Positions 1-10,774 of a stretch of DNA of 64,000 nt are shown piece after piece (position 1 is the first letter of the stretch; the number at the start of each line of letters is the position of its first letter). The stretch covers positions 1 to 64,000 of the forward strand of contig JBFFSH010000002.1 of NCBI GenBank assembly GCA_041572575.1, given 5' to 3'. Under the pieces are notes generated by a model. The model was not told where the DNA came from. It saw only the letters and a program-made list of their open reading frames with translations, and did not search any database. The position numbers and the translations under genes were made by a program. Source of the stretch: Thermodesulfobacteriota bacterium (GTDB lineage: Bacteria > Desulfobacterota_D > UBA1144 > Nemesobacterales > N074bin48).

Positions 1-392
1 TATGGTACATAATCCTCTAAGCTCAGGTCGTACTCATATTTTTTTTCAGACCGCAGCATCATATAGCTTGCATTAGCAGTTACTCTGTATAACCAGCTTG
101 AGAATTTCGATTCTCCCCTCTATGTATGGAGCTTCTTTATAAGCGTCATATAGACTTCCTGCATTACATCCTCTGATTTGTAATGATCCCTGGTTATTCT
201 GTAAGCAAGGCTATAAATTTTTTCCATATACCTGCTTACAATCATCTCAAATGCGGCTGCATCGTTATTATCCACAAACCTTTGGATCAGTTCATTATCA
301 GATAATTCACTTTTTCCATCTGAGTCTTTGCCAGCAGCTTGTAGCTTATCCAGAATTTTCTGTAGAAGTCCCGTTTCTTTCATAAAAATCAA
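1..392 (-). pseudogene. ECF (RpoE-like) sigma-70 factor interrupted by an in-frame TAG; runs off the window edge
   Basis: The ORF 'SDNELIQRF..DAAAFEMIVSRY..IYSLAYRI..SEDVMQEVY..KKLHT' stops at TAG 120-122. The same frame continues as RGESKFSSWLYRVTANASYMMLRSEKK, the region 2.3/2.4 motif. Likely ATG at 383. Confidence 0.8.
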
Positions 393-527
393 TTGCCGAA
401 TCTATTATAATTTTTTATCGCTCGAATTAAGCGCAGTTTTCCTATATTAATAAAAACCTGTATTTTTAGATGAAAAAAATGGGAGTTGGTTTCTAAATAT
501 TTGAACAAATACTAAAAAAAGTAAAAA

Positions 528-1472
528 CTACCTGTAAAGTGGGAAAATATTCTGGCTGTTATCTGTATTAAAATATATGTCGAGTATTAAAATCAGCATA
601 AAACACAGCATATATAGAATTGAAACACCAAATGCTTTGCCGTAATTGCTTTTTGAAATTACGCTTGAAAGCATCACATACTGGAAATAAATGCCTACAA
701 TCAGCACTAAAATCGCATAATATTCAGTACATATTCCAAAAAACCAGAGTGAGAGTGACAGGGGAATTAGAGATATAGAGTATAGAAGTATGAATATATT
801 GGTATATTGTGTCCCGAATACTACAGGCATTACTGGAATTTTAGCTTTTGCATAATCATCCTTATATTTTTGAGCAAGCGCCCAGAAATGCGGCGGCTGC
901 CAGAGCATCATGAATATAAAGAGAATCCATGCTCCGATACCAAGGCTGGGTTCAACAGCAGCATAGCCTATCAGCACAGGTAGCGCACCGGGAATTCCTC
1001 CAAGAATAGTACCGTAAGGTGAACTTCGTTTTAGGTAGAGCGTGTAAAGAACAGTGTAGCTTAGGATTGCAAGAACTATTAACAGAGCATTTACCATGTT
1101 TATGAAATAAACAGAGATAAAAAGTGCTACCGCCATCAAAACAATTGAGAGTATAAGGGCCTGTTTGTTACCAACAGTTTTCATGGCTTCTACCCTTGAA
1201 CCAAGTCGGTCCATGAGGGTATCGAGGTCCTTATCCAATACATTATTCATTATGGCTGAGCCGCCGGCACTAAGGAACAATGAAATTAGTGTATAGAAAA
1301 TGAGGTTACCATCTGGAATAGCTCTATTGGCAAGCACCATTCCGGCAAAGCCCGTAAACACTACGCTAATAATAATGCGGGGTTTTAGAAGGACTACTGT
1401 AGATGTAACAAACTTACCCGCTGAGACTTTATCCGTATTAATATTAGTTGCTTCCCCACTCATAGTAGCCAC
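528..1472 (-). CDS. ctaB: Heme O synthase (protoheme IX farnesyltransferase)
   Basis: LKPRI, N..D.D.D..M.R, GGIPGALPVLIGY and WQPPHFWAL..DDY motifs; inside the cox operon. Confidence 0.95.
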   Translation of the reverse strand: MATMSGEATNINTDKVSAGKFVTSTVVLLKPRIIISVVFTGFAGMVLANRAIPDGNLIFYTLISLFLSAGGSAIMNNVLDKDLDTLMDRLGSRVEAMKTVGNKQALILSIVLMAVALFISVYFINMVNALLIVLAILSYTVLYTLYLKRSSPYGTILGGIPGALPVLIGYAAVEPSLGIGAWILFIFMMLWQPPHFWALAQKYKDDYAKAKIPVMPVVFGTQYTNIFILLYSISLIPLSLSLWFFGICTEYYAILVLIVGIYFQYVMLSSVISKSNYGKAFGVSILYMLCFMLILILDIYFNTDNSQNIFPLYR

Positions 1473-1474
1473 TA

Positions 1475-2341
1475 TTATACAGTGCTCCCAGCATTTTCCG
1501 AATGCTTGGTGTTTTCCGAATACCAGGTGTTAAGAAGAATATAAAGAATTAATAGAGCTACAAAGACATGTGTTGCTGTAACAGCAAAGTATAGTTTTGT
1601 GTGAATTATTCCAACCCCGAGAAGTATCTGGAATATTATTAAACCAAATACTATAGCAATCTTCTTTCTATATTTCTGTAATGTGTCCGTTGTTCTAGAA
1701 TAGATTAAAAGAAAGATAAATACTGCAAATATTATGTAAGCCAGGGTTCTATGCAGAAAATGAGTTAGAACTATTCCTGAAAGCTCAGGGGGTATCCAAA
1801 ATCCAAGACACTTGGGAAAGTCAGGACATGCAAGTCCCGCCCCGCTATGACGCACATAAGCTCCAAGAGCGCCCTGTGAAAGCACTAATAATGATAAGAA
1901 GAAAAATAAAGTAAATGTATTATTAGAAAAATCTGGTTTTCTAGAGTCATTAAAATATGCCAGGAATAGCACAAGCGAAAATATTATTAGTGCAGTTGAG
2001 AAATGCAGTGTTGTAAGGTTCATTGGGAGCTTTAAAAGAACAACCAACCCTCCCATAACAACCTGTATAGCTAAAAGGACAACTGCAATTATTGGAATGG
2101 CTCTATAAGCCTGGTCATAAACCTTAAATCGTTTATATGCAAGTATTATTAGAAGTAACCCTGCGACACCACCCAATACCCTGTGTGAGAATTCTACATA
2201 TATATCCCAGCGGAGAGGAGGAATGTACTCGCCATGACATTTAGGCCAGTCAGGACAGGCAAGACCCGCTTCGAGGCCTGTTACCACACTACCCCAGATT
2301 AATAGAAGGAAAAACAGCCCAACGGTACTTTTTTCTAGCAT
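1475..2341 (-). CDS. ctaA: Heme A synthase (COX15/CtaA, type 1)
   Basis: Two repeats, AGLACPDWPKC..EFSHR and AGLACPDFPKC..HFLHR, with conserved His residues. Confidence 0.92.
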   Translation of the reverse strand: MLEKSTVGLFFLLLIWGSVVTGLEAGLACPDWPKCHGEYIPPLRWDIYVEFSHRVLGGVAGLLLIILAYKRFKVYDQAYRAIPIIAVVLLAIQVVMGGLVVLLKLPMNLTTLHFSTALIIFSLVLFLAYFNDSRKPDFSNNTFTLFFFLSLLVLSQGALGAYVRHSGAGLACPDFPKCLGFWIPPELSGIVLTHFLHRTLAYIIFAVFIFLLIYSRTTDTLQKYRKKIAIVFGLIIFQILLGVGIIHTKLYFAVTATHVFVALLILYILLNTWYSENTKHSENAGSTV

Positions 2342-2361
2342 TCAGCAATAAGTGTACCCTA

Positions 2362-2661
2362 TTAAGGCGTTATCCTGTTAAATATGTCTACTGAGGTAAG
2401 TCCTATCAAAAGCCCCAGCAAAAAGAGGGGATAAATAGCAAAAACCCATGTAATACTGTCTTCAAACTTAAGGTGCATAAAATATAGAGCTACAATTGTA
2501 GCTTTTGCTGATGCAATAATCATTGCTAAAAAGAAGTTAAATGCTCCAAGGTCAACCTCTTTTGCAGTATAAACTGTAATAACTGTTAAAGCTATTAAAA
2601 TCCCAAATATAATAAAATATGTTTTTATTGGTGTTATATGTTCTTCATGATGTTCGCTCAT
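2362..2661 (-). CDS. coxD: Cytochrome c oxidase subunit IV
   Basis: Three TM helices, KA.IVALYFMHLKF motif, operon position. Confidence 0.9.
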   Translation of the reverse strand: MSEHHEEHITPIKTYFIIFGILIALTVITVYTAKEVDLGAFNFFLAMIIASAKATIVALYFMHLKFEDSITWVFAIYPLFLLGLLIGLTSVDIFNRITP

Positions 2662-2678
2662 TTAAATTTTCCTCCTGG

Positions 2679-3287
2679 TCAGCCTATCAAGTAAAGTAAC
2701 GGAAATAAGTAAATCCAGATCAAATCCACTAAGTGCCAATACAGACCGCTTACTTCAACATGTGTGTTGTACTCTGCAGAATATACTCCCCTTATGGCAT
2801 ATACCATTACTACAAGCAATATCACAAGCCCAATAAATACATGGATCATATGAAGCCCGGTCATTAAGAAGTAAAGTGAATAGAAGATACTCTTATCAGG
2901 GTAGATATGGTGAGAAAACTTATAGCCATATTCTATATATTTATTATATCCGAATGCCAGTCCACAGATTATAGTTATAGCCAGCATTGCAATAAGCAGT
3001 TTATTATTACCGCGCTTACTGGCAGTAACACCAATAGCCATTGTCATACTGCTAAAAAGAAGTATCACTGTGTTTAATGCCCCAAGCTGCCAGTCTAACT
3101 GTTGATGCTGCTCATGAAACATCTCGGGATACTTTGCTCTAAAAATTGCATATGCGGCAAAAAGCCCGCCAAAAAGCAGGATTTCCGTTCCCAGGAACAG
3201 CCACATACCAAATTTGGACTGTTTATATTCTTCTACAGGGTCTATTTGAATATGACCATGACCGTGACCAGCTGTAATTTCTGACAT
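2679..3287 (-). CDS. coxC: Cytochrome c oxidase subunit III
   Basis: GMWLFLGTEILLFGGLF, TGLHMIHV, GLYWHLVDLIWIYLFPLLY. Confidence 0.95.
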   Translation of the reverse strand: MSEITAGHGHGHIQIDPVEEYKQSKFGMWLFLGTEILLFGGLFAAYAIFRAKYPEMFHEQHQQLDWQLGALNTVILLFSSMTMAIGVTASKRGNNKLLIAMLAITIICGLAFGYNKYIEYGYKFSHHIYPDKSIFYSLYFLMTGLHMIHVFIGLVILLVVMVYAIRGVYSAEYNTHVEVSGLYWHLVDLIWIYLFPLLYLIG

Positions 3288-3310
3288 TTCTAAATTAACT
3301 CCTCCTGTGT

Positions 3311-4918
3311 TTATCCTTCTTTTTTACCATATCCATATGTCCAGTCTGTAACTACCGGAACCTCATGAAAATTCTCGTGAATAGGTGGTGATGAAGTCTG
3401 CCACTCCAGTGATAATGAGCCGTATGGATTATCACTTGCTTTTTCACCGGAATAAAGTGATTTAATCATGTTATAAACCATAATACCAATACCAATTGCA
3501 AGTATCCATGCCCCTATTGTAGAGAGCTTCATTAGAGGCTCAAACTCAGGCAGATAACTTGCATATCTTCTTGGCATTCCCTGCACACCTAAGAAAAACT
3601 GAGGGAAGAACGTTACGTTAAATCCTATAAATACTAAAAACCATGCAATCTTTCCAAGTGTTTCATCAAGCATTCTTCCAAACCACTTCGGATACCAGAA
3701 ATGAAGCGCCCCAAAAAATCCTATAACAGTTCCTCCAATCATTACATAGTGCATGTGTGCTACTACAAAATAAGTGTCATGGAGATGAATATCCGAAGCA
3801 AGTGCTCCGAGGTGAAGTCCCGTAAGACCCCCGATTGTAAACAGGAATATAAAAGAAAGCGCATAAAGCATCGCAGAATTAAACTCTATCGATCCCTTAT
3901 AAAGAGTAGCAATCCAGTTAAACACCTTAATAGCAGTAGGAATAGCCACAAGGAACGTAAGGAACGAGAATATGGTTGCTGCAGTTTCTGAAATACCACT
4001 TACAAACATATGGTGCGCCCACACTAAAAAACTAATAAGAGCAATCGCCACACTGGAATATGCTATAGCCTTATAGCCGAATATTGGCTTTCTTGAGAAA
4101 ACCGGAAGTATTTCTGAGATTACACCCATAGCCGGAATGATCATGATATATACAGCAGGATGAGAATAGAACCAGAAAAAGTTTTGAAACAGAATCGGGT
4201 CTCCTCCTTTATCCGGATCGAAAAATCCAACTCCGAGTGTCCTTTCTGCAATAAGCAAGAGTAGCGTGATACCAACAACCGGTGTAGCAAGAAGCTGCAG
4301 GATTGCTGTTGCATAAGAAGCCCAAATAAAAAGCGGAAGTCTGTGCCATGTCATACCCGGGGCTCTCATCTTGTGAATTGTCACAATAAAGTTCATTCCA
4401 GTAAGAATAGAAGAAAATCCCAGGACAAACACACCAAACGTTATCAAGATTACATTAGTAGTCGTCTTAGCACTATAAGGGGTATAAAAAGTCCATCCGG
4501 TGTCTGCGGGCTGAAGCAGCGCAATTAACGTTATGATAGTACCCGCTATGTATACATAGTAGCTTGCCATATTAAGCTTTGGAAAAGCAACATCGGGAGC
4601 GCCTATCATTAGCGGAATAAGAAAGTTTCCAAGACTTGCCGCAACACCGGGCACAATGAAGAAAAATACCATAAGCGACCCATGAAGCGTGAACAGCACA
4701 TTATATGTGTGTGGTGAAACGAGATCGGACTCTGGGGTAAAGAGCTCGGTTCTCATAATAACTGCGATTGCACCTACAACAAGAAAGAAAAATGTTACGG
4801 AAATAAGGTATAAGATACCTATTCTTTTGTGGTCAGTTGTCCAGGCCCAAGACATAAACCCCGTCTTGTATTCTAAAAATGATGGCTCACTCATTGTGGC
4901 GGCAGTACCGTTTGCCAT
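3311..4918 (-). CDS. coxA: Cytochrome c oxidase subunit I, type A2
   Basis: [25 protein letters not shown] (YS motif), [20 protein letters not shown]. Confidence 0.97.
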   Translation of the reverse strand: MANGTAATMSEPSFLEYKTGFMSWAWTTDHKRIGILYLISVTFFFLVVGAIAVIMRTELFTPESDLVSPHTYNVLFTLHGSLMVFFFIVPGVAASLGNFLIPLMIGAPDVAFPKLNMASYYVYIAGTIITLIALLQPADTGWTFYTPYSAKTTTNVILITFGVFVLGFSSILTGMNFIVTIHKMRAPGMTWHRLPLFIWASYATAILQLLATPVVGITLLLLIAERTLGVGFFDPDKGGDPILFQNFFWFYSHPAVYIMIIPAMGVISEILPVFSRKPIFGYKAIAYSSVAIALISFLVWAHHMFVSGISETAATIFSFLTFLVAIPTAIKVFNWIATLYKGSIEFNSAMLYALSFIFLFTIGGLTGLHLGALASDIHLHDTYFVVAHMHYVMIGGTVIGFFGALHFWYPKWFGRMLDETLGKIAWFLVFIGFNVTFFPQFFLGVQGMPRRYASYLPEFEPLMKLSTIGAWILAIGIGIMVYNMIKSLYSGEKASDNPYGSLSLEWQTSSPPIHENFHEVPVVTDWTYGYGKKEG

Positions 4919-4949
4919 AATAAAAACCCCTCCTAAAAAATACTGTTAG

Positions 4950-5912
4950 TTATTTCAGTGTTTTAATATAAGCTATAATAGCATCTACTTCTTCGTCTTT
5001 TAAAAGCCCCTTAAATGAAGGCATAACCGGAGCATAACCGGCAACTATTTTTTCCTGTGGAAGAAGAATTGATTCTCTCAAATAGTTCTCATCAGCCAGG
5101 ACTGATGTTCCGTCTTGTAGTGGTTCAGTCTTGCCAAATAGCCCTTTAAATGTAGGTCCTACACTATTACTGCCATCTAAAGTATGACAAGCAGCACACC
5201 CATTTTTTTCATATAATTTTTGACCAAGCTCTTCAGGTGATTTAGCTACTACTGCGCCTATCCCCTCTTCCTCGTCACCACCTCTTTCCCAACGGGCAAA
5301 TGCTTCCGGACTCATTACATAGACCTTGGCAAGCATATTGGAATGATCCTTCCCACAGTACTCTGTGCAGAACAGATCATATGTTCCGACTTTTGTGGGC
5401 TTAAACCAAAGCTGTGTATACATTCCCGGAACCACATCCTGTTTTACTCTGAATGCAGGCACAAAAAAACTGTGAAGCACATCATCTGCCCTCATCACCA
5501 TTTTTACAGGTCTGTTATGTTCTACGTAAAGTTCGTTAATAGTACTTTGGCCATTTGGATATTTAAACACCCAGAGCCACTGTTTGGCAGTCACGTTTAC
5601 TTCAACAGCCTCGGGCGGAGGTGTTCTCATATCCTTATAAACAACAAATCCATATACGAAAATAACCATAAGAAGAGCAGAGGGTATGATCGTCCATATG
5701 ATTTCGAGAGTTTCGTTTCCTGTAATATGAGGTGTCTCATCATTTTCTGTTTTTCTTTTGTATTTAAAAGAAAAATAAACCAGAAGTATTGTTATAAGTA
5801 TAAAAAATATTATTGATAACCAGGTGATGAACCATAAAACCCCATCCACTTGGTTTGCAAAATTCGATGCTACGTCAGGAACCCAATTCATTTCTATCGT
5901 CAAAACCTCCAT
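4950..5912 (-). CDS. coxB: Cytochrome c oxidase subunit II with fused cytochrome c (caa3 type)
   Basis: CuA motif HSF..CTEYCGKDHSNM; C-terminal CAACH plus MP heme c site. Probable start is ATG 5891 (MNWV). Confidence 0.95.
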   Translation of the reverse strand: MEVLTIEMNWVPDVASNFANQVDGVLWFITWLSIIFFILITILLVYFSFKYKRKTENDETPHITGNETLEIIWTIIPSALLMVIFVYGFVVYKDMRTPPPEAVEVNVTAKQWLWVFKYPNGQSTINELYVEHNRPVKMVMRADDVLHSFFVPAFRVKQDVVPGMYTQLWFKPTKVGTYDLFCTEYCGKDHSNMLAKVYVMSPEAFARWERGGDEEEGIGAVVAKSPEELGQKLYEKNGCAACHTLDGSNSVGPTFKGLFGKTEPLQDGTSVLADENYLRESILLPQEKIVAGYAPVMPSFKGLLKDEEVDAIIAYIKTLK

Positions 5913-6744
5913 CTTTTCTAGAAATCTTTTTTTCCCTTTTCCAAAAATAGGTTAAGAAAACACCAAGTGAAAGAAGTGTTACAACTCCTCCTGCCTTTAC
6001 TACATTTAGAGCCTGGAGTGCATATTTCTTTCCAACTGGATCAAATTGATAACAAAACAAAAGCGCTTTATTAATAATTTTAGATGTCCCAATCTCACCA
6101 TTTGTCGCTTCCAAAAGTGCCATTTTCAAGTCCTTTGGTTCATGCTGGATACCGTTTAGGTACCTCGAAATTTTTCCGTCGGGCGTTATTATAATTAAAG
6201 ACGACGGATGTGCAAATTCTTCACCCTCTTTTTTAAATTTAAATCCGACAGACTCGGTTAATTTGGTGATTGAATCGGAATTGCCAGTCAAAAAATGCCA
6301 GTTGCCTTTAGGAAAATGCTGCTCATTTAGTAAATCATAGTAGCGCTTTATTTTTTCACCAGCTATCTGGGGATTGTCTTCAGCATTGAAACTGACTGTT
6401 AAGATCTTATAGTCCCTTCCGAGGTTTAATGAGGATACACGGTTTATAACATCAACCACCCCATCGGTTGCATAATTACATACTCTTGGGCAGCTAAAAT
6501 AGACCAGGCTAAGAATTACGGGTTTCTTTTCGAGAAAATAATTTTCAAGCTTGACCTTCTTGTTGTTAGTATCATAGAATTCCAGATCAAGAGGTATATA
6601 ATCACCCAAATGCTCATCTATACCAACCTGCTTTAAGTCCTTTACATCATTAATAGCAAAGGAGTTACCTGTACCACCCACAAGTACAAGCAAAAACATC
6701 AATAAAATTAACATATTACACAACTTCTTTAACATAATCTGCAA
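5875..6744 (-). CDS. SCO1/SenC copper chaperone
   Basis: CPRVC (CxxxC) plus FAHPS His; signal peptide; C-terminal CYQFDP and TM segment; first gene of the cox operon. Confidence 0.9.
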   Translation of the reverse strand: MQIMLKKLCNMLILLMFLLVLVGGTGNSFAINDVKDLKQVGIDEHLGDYIPLDLEFYDTNNKKVKLENYFLEKKPVILSLVYFSCPRVCNYATDGVVDVINRVSSLNLGRDYKILTVSFNAEDNPQIAGEKIKRYYDLLNEQHFPKGNWHFLTGNSDSITKLTESVGFKFKKEGEEFAHPSSLIIITPDGKISRYLNGIQHEPKDLKMALLEATNGEIGTSKIINKALLFCYQFDPVGKKYALQALNVVKAGGVVTLLSLGVFLTYFWKREKKISRKDGGFDDRNELGS

Positions 6745-6778
6745 CTTTTATAGTGAATTATTATCAAAAAGGAATTAG

Positions 6779-6807
6779 ATTCTATGTGGATTATCAATCC
6801 CTGTCAA
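6779..6807 (-). promoter_or_regulatory. Sigma70 promoter of the sco-cox operon
   Basis: Minus strand TTGACA (6807-6802), 17 bp, TAGAAT (6784-6779). Confidence 0.7.
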
Positions 6808-6882
6808 GTACCACTATTAATTATACCCTTCTCACAAAAACTCTTACTATTTACAGTGTCTGTATGATATATTTTACTTAAA

Positions 6883-7842
6883 ATGGGACTAATTACAGAT
6901 ATAAAAGGCATAAAAGTCGGCCACTGCTCCGATTTTGAAAATATTACAGGCTGTACCGTAGTACTTTTTGATGGAAATGCCACAGGGACTGTGGATATGA
7001 GAGGCGGAGGTACAAGTACAAGACAGATAGATGGTCTGCTGCCACACCACAATTTTAGTAATATTAATGCAATAATGCTTACAGGTGGAAGTGCATATGG
7101 GCTGGATGCTTCTTCCGGAGTGATGAAATATCTGGAAGAAAAACTAATAGGATTAAAAGTCGGAAGCAGTTCAGTTGTGCCCAGTGTACCTACAGCTGTA
7201 ATATTTGATTTGGGAATAGGAAACAGCAAAGTGAGACCGAATGGTGATTTTGGTTACAAGGCTTGCCAAAATGCAAAGAAGCGTTTTGAGCAGGGGACAG
7301 TAGGTGTTGGTACAGGTGCTACTATCGGTAAATACTTAGGGATTAATCATGCAACAAAAGGCGGGCTTGCCTCAGAAAGCCTTGAACTTCCAAATGGGAC
7401 AAAAATTGGTGTGTTAGTTGTAGTAAACGCATTTGGAAGTGTTTACGACTATAAAGACGGTAATACATGCATAGCAGGTATAAGGAATACTAAAGGTAAA
7501 AATTTTTTAGATACCTCAGACTTAATCCACAAGGGGGTACCACAGACCACAAATACAATCAGAAACACAACCCTTGCGGTAGTAGCAACAGATGCAAAGT
7601 TCTCAAAAGAACAGCTAAATAGAATTGCTGTTATTGCACACACCGGAATTTCGAGAGTTATTAATCCATGTCATACAATTTCAGACGGAGATATGGTATT
7701 TGCAGTTTCTATGGGAAATAAAGAAGCTAAAATTAACGATGTAGGTATTATGGCATCAGAGCTAATTTCAGATTCAATAATAAAAGCAGTTAAGTCTGCT
7801 TCAGGACTTGGCGGACTGCCGTCTTATTCAGACCTTATTTGA
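6883..7842 (+). CDS. P1/S58 (DmpA-like) aminopeptidase
   Basis: ITDIKGIKVGH, LTGGSAYGL, VGVGTGA, NTTLAVVATDA, HT..DGDMVF. Confidence 0.88.
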   Translation: MGLITDIKGIKVGHCSDFENITGCTVVLFDGNATGTVDMRGGGTSTRQIDGLLPHHNFSNINAIMLTGGSAYGLDASSGVMKYLEEKLIGLKVGSSSVVPSVPTAVIFDLGIGNSKVRPNGDFGYKACQNAKKRFEQGTVGVGTGATIGKYLGINHATKGGLASESLELPNGTKIGVLVVVNAFGSVYDYKDGNTCIAGIRNTKGKNFLDTSDLIHKGVPQTTNTIRNTTLAVVATDAKFSKEQLNRIAVIAHTGISRVINPCHTISDGDMVFAVSMGNKEAKINDVGIMASELISDSIIKAVKSASGLGGLPSYSDLI

Positions 7843-7853
7843 TCTACCATTAA

Positions 7854-8975
7854 CTAATCATTAAATGAAAAATCCTGCTCGGAAACTCTTGATTTTCTCA
7901 TTCTAATGCCCATCACTATTCCTATGGCTATTAAAGATGTAAGAGATGCAGACCCCCCGTAACTAATAAAGAGCAGAGGAAGGCCTGTGACCGGAAAGAT
8001 TCCGATTACCATTCCTATGTTAATAAAGGTGTGCCAGAAGAACATTGAAGCTATTCCGAAGCACACATACATCGAAAATTTATCCTTCGATCGGCTCGAT
8101 GTATCAAGTATCCATAATATGAGTATTAAAAATAGCAGAATGGTAAATATAGACCCAAGAAACCCCCATTCCTCAGCAATTACAGAAAAGGCAAAATCAG
8201 TGTGCTGCTCAGGAAGAAATCTCAGCTGAGTTTGTGTGCCCTGTGTAAAACCTTTACCACTTAACTTACCAGAACCAATTGCGATTTTGGATTGTGTAGC
8301 ATGATAACCACTCCCAAGTGGGTCTAATGAGGGATCAAGAAAAGCTTTAATTCTTGTCTTTTGATAGTCCTTTAATATATAACCCCACAGTGGAACAAAT
8401 AATAAAGATCCACATATTGTTAGTAGAATAATATGTTTTGTTTTAACACCGGCAAATAATATTATACTAAGAGCTATAAGGGTAACTATAAATGCTGTAC
8501 CCATATCAGGCTGTAAAGCTATGAGAACAATGGGAATAACTGCCATTAAAAATGGTTTTACCAGTTCAGAAACTGAATACAGACCTTCATAAAAATCATC
8601 ATGGTAGAATTTTGCAAGTACAAATATTACGGCTAGCTTTGTAAGCTCGGAGGGCTGAATATTTACAGCACCTCCAAGTGATAGCCAGCTTCTTGCCCCG
8701 GATACTTCTCTTCCAAATATAATAACAATCACAAGGAGTAAAATATTTATTAAATAGAAATGATTCGAATAGCGCTGAATCATCCTATAATCAAATAATG
8801 ATAAGATTACAGTGATAATGAGACCAAGGGATACCCAGAAAATCTGTTTTTTAAAAATAGCTGTTCCTATGTTAATAGTTGCACTGTACAAATTTATTAT
8901 GCCTATTGCGCATATTATTATTGTTATGAAAAACAGGGGTACATCAAAGTTTTTAAGAAGTCTAAAATTTATCAT
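7854..8975 (-). CDS. rodA: Rod shape-determining protein RodA (SEDS)
   Basis: GARSW, IQPSE, QPDMGT, LPEQHTDF, EEWGF, SYGGS; follows mrdA. Confidence 0.95.
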   Translation of the reverse strand: MINFRLLKNFDVPLFFITIIICAIGIINLYSATINIGTAIFKKQIFWVSLGLIITVILSLFDYRMIQRYSNHFYLINILLLVIVIIFGREVSGARSWLSLGGAVNIQPSELTKLAVIFVLAKFYHDDFYEGLYSVSELVKPFLMAVIPIVLIALQPDMGTAFIVTLIALSIILFAGVKTKHIILLTICGSLLFVPLWGYILKDYQKTRIKAFLDPSLDPLGSGYHATQSKIAIGSGKLSGKGFTQGTQTQLRFLPEQHTDFAFSVIAEEWGFLGSIFTILLFLILILWILDTSSRSKDKFSMYVCFGIASMFFWHTFINIGMVIGIFPVTGLPLLFISYGGSASLTSLIAIGIVMGIRMRKSRVSEQDFSFND

Positions 8976-10774
8976 AATCTTGGCCCGTGAAAATTTGGAT
9001 TATAATAGGCCTCTATAATCTTTTTAGCTAAAGGTGAGGCAACCGCGCCTCCCTTACCGCCGTGTTCGACTAAAACCGTAACAGCTATCTCGGGATTATC
9101 AGCAGGGGCAAATGCTGTAAACCAGGCATGATGATCATATTTCTTGTTCTTTAATTTTGCCGAGTCAAGCGCTACTACCTGGGCTGTGCCGGTTTTTCCC
9201 GCTACGCGTATATGAGGAAGTCTTGCATATCTTGCTGTACCGTTTTGCTGATTTACTACCCCTGCCATGGCGTCACTTATAATTGATATGTTATTGTCAG
9301 CTACCGATATTTGCTCAATTTCGTCCTTATAACTGTAGAGCTGCTCTCCTGTATTCGAAACCACTTCTTTTATAAAATGTGGTTTTACTTTGTATCCGCC
9401 GTTTGCTATTGATGAAGTCATTACCGCAACCTGAAGCGGTGTTACACTTAAAAATCCCTGACCTATGGATACATTAACCGTATCACCCTTATACCATGGA
9501 GCTTTTAACCGCTCTTTTTTCCAGGTTTTGCTCGGAGATATTCCGGATTTTTCATCAATATCGATTCCAGTAAACGTACCGTAACTCATTTGCCTGGAGT
9601 ACTTATCAATTTTATCTATACCGATCTTCTGTGATACTTCATAGAAAAATACATCACAGGACTCAACAAGGGCCTTGTGAATATCCACCCACCCATGGCC
9701 CGAAGATTTCCAGCACCTAAATGTTTTCGTTCCAAGCGTATAATGTCCAGGGCAGTAAAACCTGGTATCTACATCAATTGCATTTTCTTCTAGTGCTGCG
9801 GCTGCAGTAACGATCTTATATACGGATCCCGGAGGGTATAAACCCCTGGTGACACGGTTTAGAAGAGGATAGCTGGCATCGGACGTAAGCTCTTTCCAGT
9901 CTTTACGGTCTACCCCTTTTACGAATATGGAAGGATCAAATGTTGGGCTGCTGGCCATTGCTAGAATCTCACCATTTTCTACATTCATTACAACTGCAGC
10001 TCCGGTATAATCGCTTAGTATCTGTTCAACAGCTACCTGAAAATCAATATCTACAGTAAGTTTAATATCTGCACCAGGGATGCTTTGTTGCAGGTTTATA
10101 TCTGAGCGGTAAACGCTCGATTTAATTTCTCTTCCAAATGCATCAGTAACTTTTTGTATATACCCCGGGCTTCCTTTTAAATAGCTTTGATAGTGCTTTT
10201 CAAGACCACTTTTACCAATTAGATCAAACCCTGTTAAGTCGGTATGTGTCTTTAGTTCTGTCTTTGTCGTTTTACCTACAAATCCTATAAAATTAGCGCC
10301 AAGCTTCCTGTACGGATATTCCCTTATCTTGCTTACTTCTATAAACATCCATGGATATGTGTGACGTCTTGATTCCAGGACTGCAAGCTGATCTCTGGTA
10401 ATATCACGTTCGATTAAAACCTGATTGAATTTCTTATTGTCAGATGAACCATAGATTCGGTCTTCCAGCTCCTCTGTGTCCAGTAATAGTACGGCGGAAA
10501 GAAACGCAAGAAAAGTTTCTCTATCCTTTATCTCACTAGGAACTGCATAAAGATCAAATGACGATCTGTTTATTACAATTCCTCTTCCGTTCCTGTCCAG
10601 AATACGGCCTCTTGGAGGTACTACTCTTATGTTTCTTATACGGTTATTTCTGGAAAATTTTTCAAATTCATCACCTTTTAGTATCTGTAAGTACCAGATC
10701 CTTATTCCAAGAACCATAAAGAAAAATATTAGTATAAAAACTGATACTAAAAATCTACGTGTGTAATTTTCCAT
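8972..10774 (-). CDS. mrdA: Penicillin-binding protein 2
   Basis: RGRILDRNG, YPPGSVYK (SxxK), SCD, KTGTAQ. Confidence 0.95.
   Translation of the reverse strand: MENYTRRFLVSVFILIFFFMVLGIRIWYLQILKGDEFEKFSRNNRIRNIRVVPPRGRILDRNGRGIVINRSSFDLYAVPSEIKDRETFLAFLSAVLLLDTEELEDRIYGSSDNKKFNQVLIERDITRDQLAVLESRRHTYPWMFIEVSKIREYPYRKLGANFIGFVGKTTKTELKTHTDLTGFDLIGKSGLEKHYQSYLKGSPGYIQKVTDAFGREIKSSVYRSDINLQQSIPGADIKLTVDIDFQVAVEQILSDYTGAAVVMNVENGEILAMASSPTFDPSIFVKGVDRKDWKELTSDASYPLLNRVTRGLYPPGSVYKIVTAAAALEENAIDVDTRFYCPGHYTLGTKTFRCWKSSGHGWVDIHKALVESCDVFFYEVSQKIGIDKIDKYSRQMSYGTFTGIDIDEKSGISPSKTWKKERLKAPWYKGDTVNVSIGQGFLSVTPLQVAVMTSSIANGGYKVKPHFIKEVVSNTGEQLYSYKDEIEQISVADNNISIISDAMAGVVNQQNGTARYARLPHIRVAGKTGTAQVVALDSAKLKNKKYDHHAWFTAFAPADNPEIAVTVLVEHGGKGGAVASPLAKKIIEAYYNPNFHGPRL

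Noticed and set aside
268..276. Perfect DnaA box TTATCCACA
   Set aside because: Single copy inside a coding region; no box cluster or origin genes.
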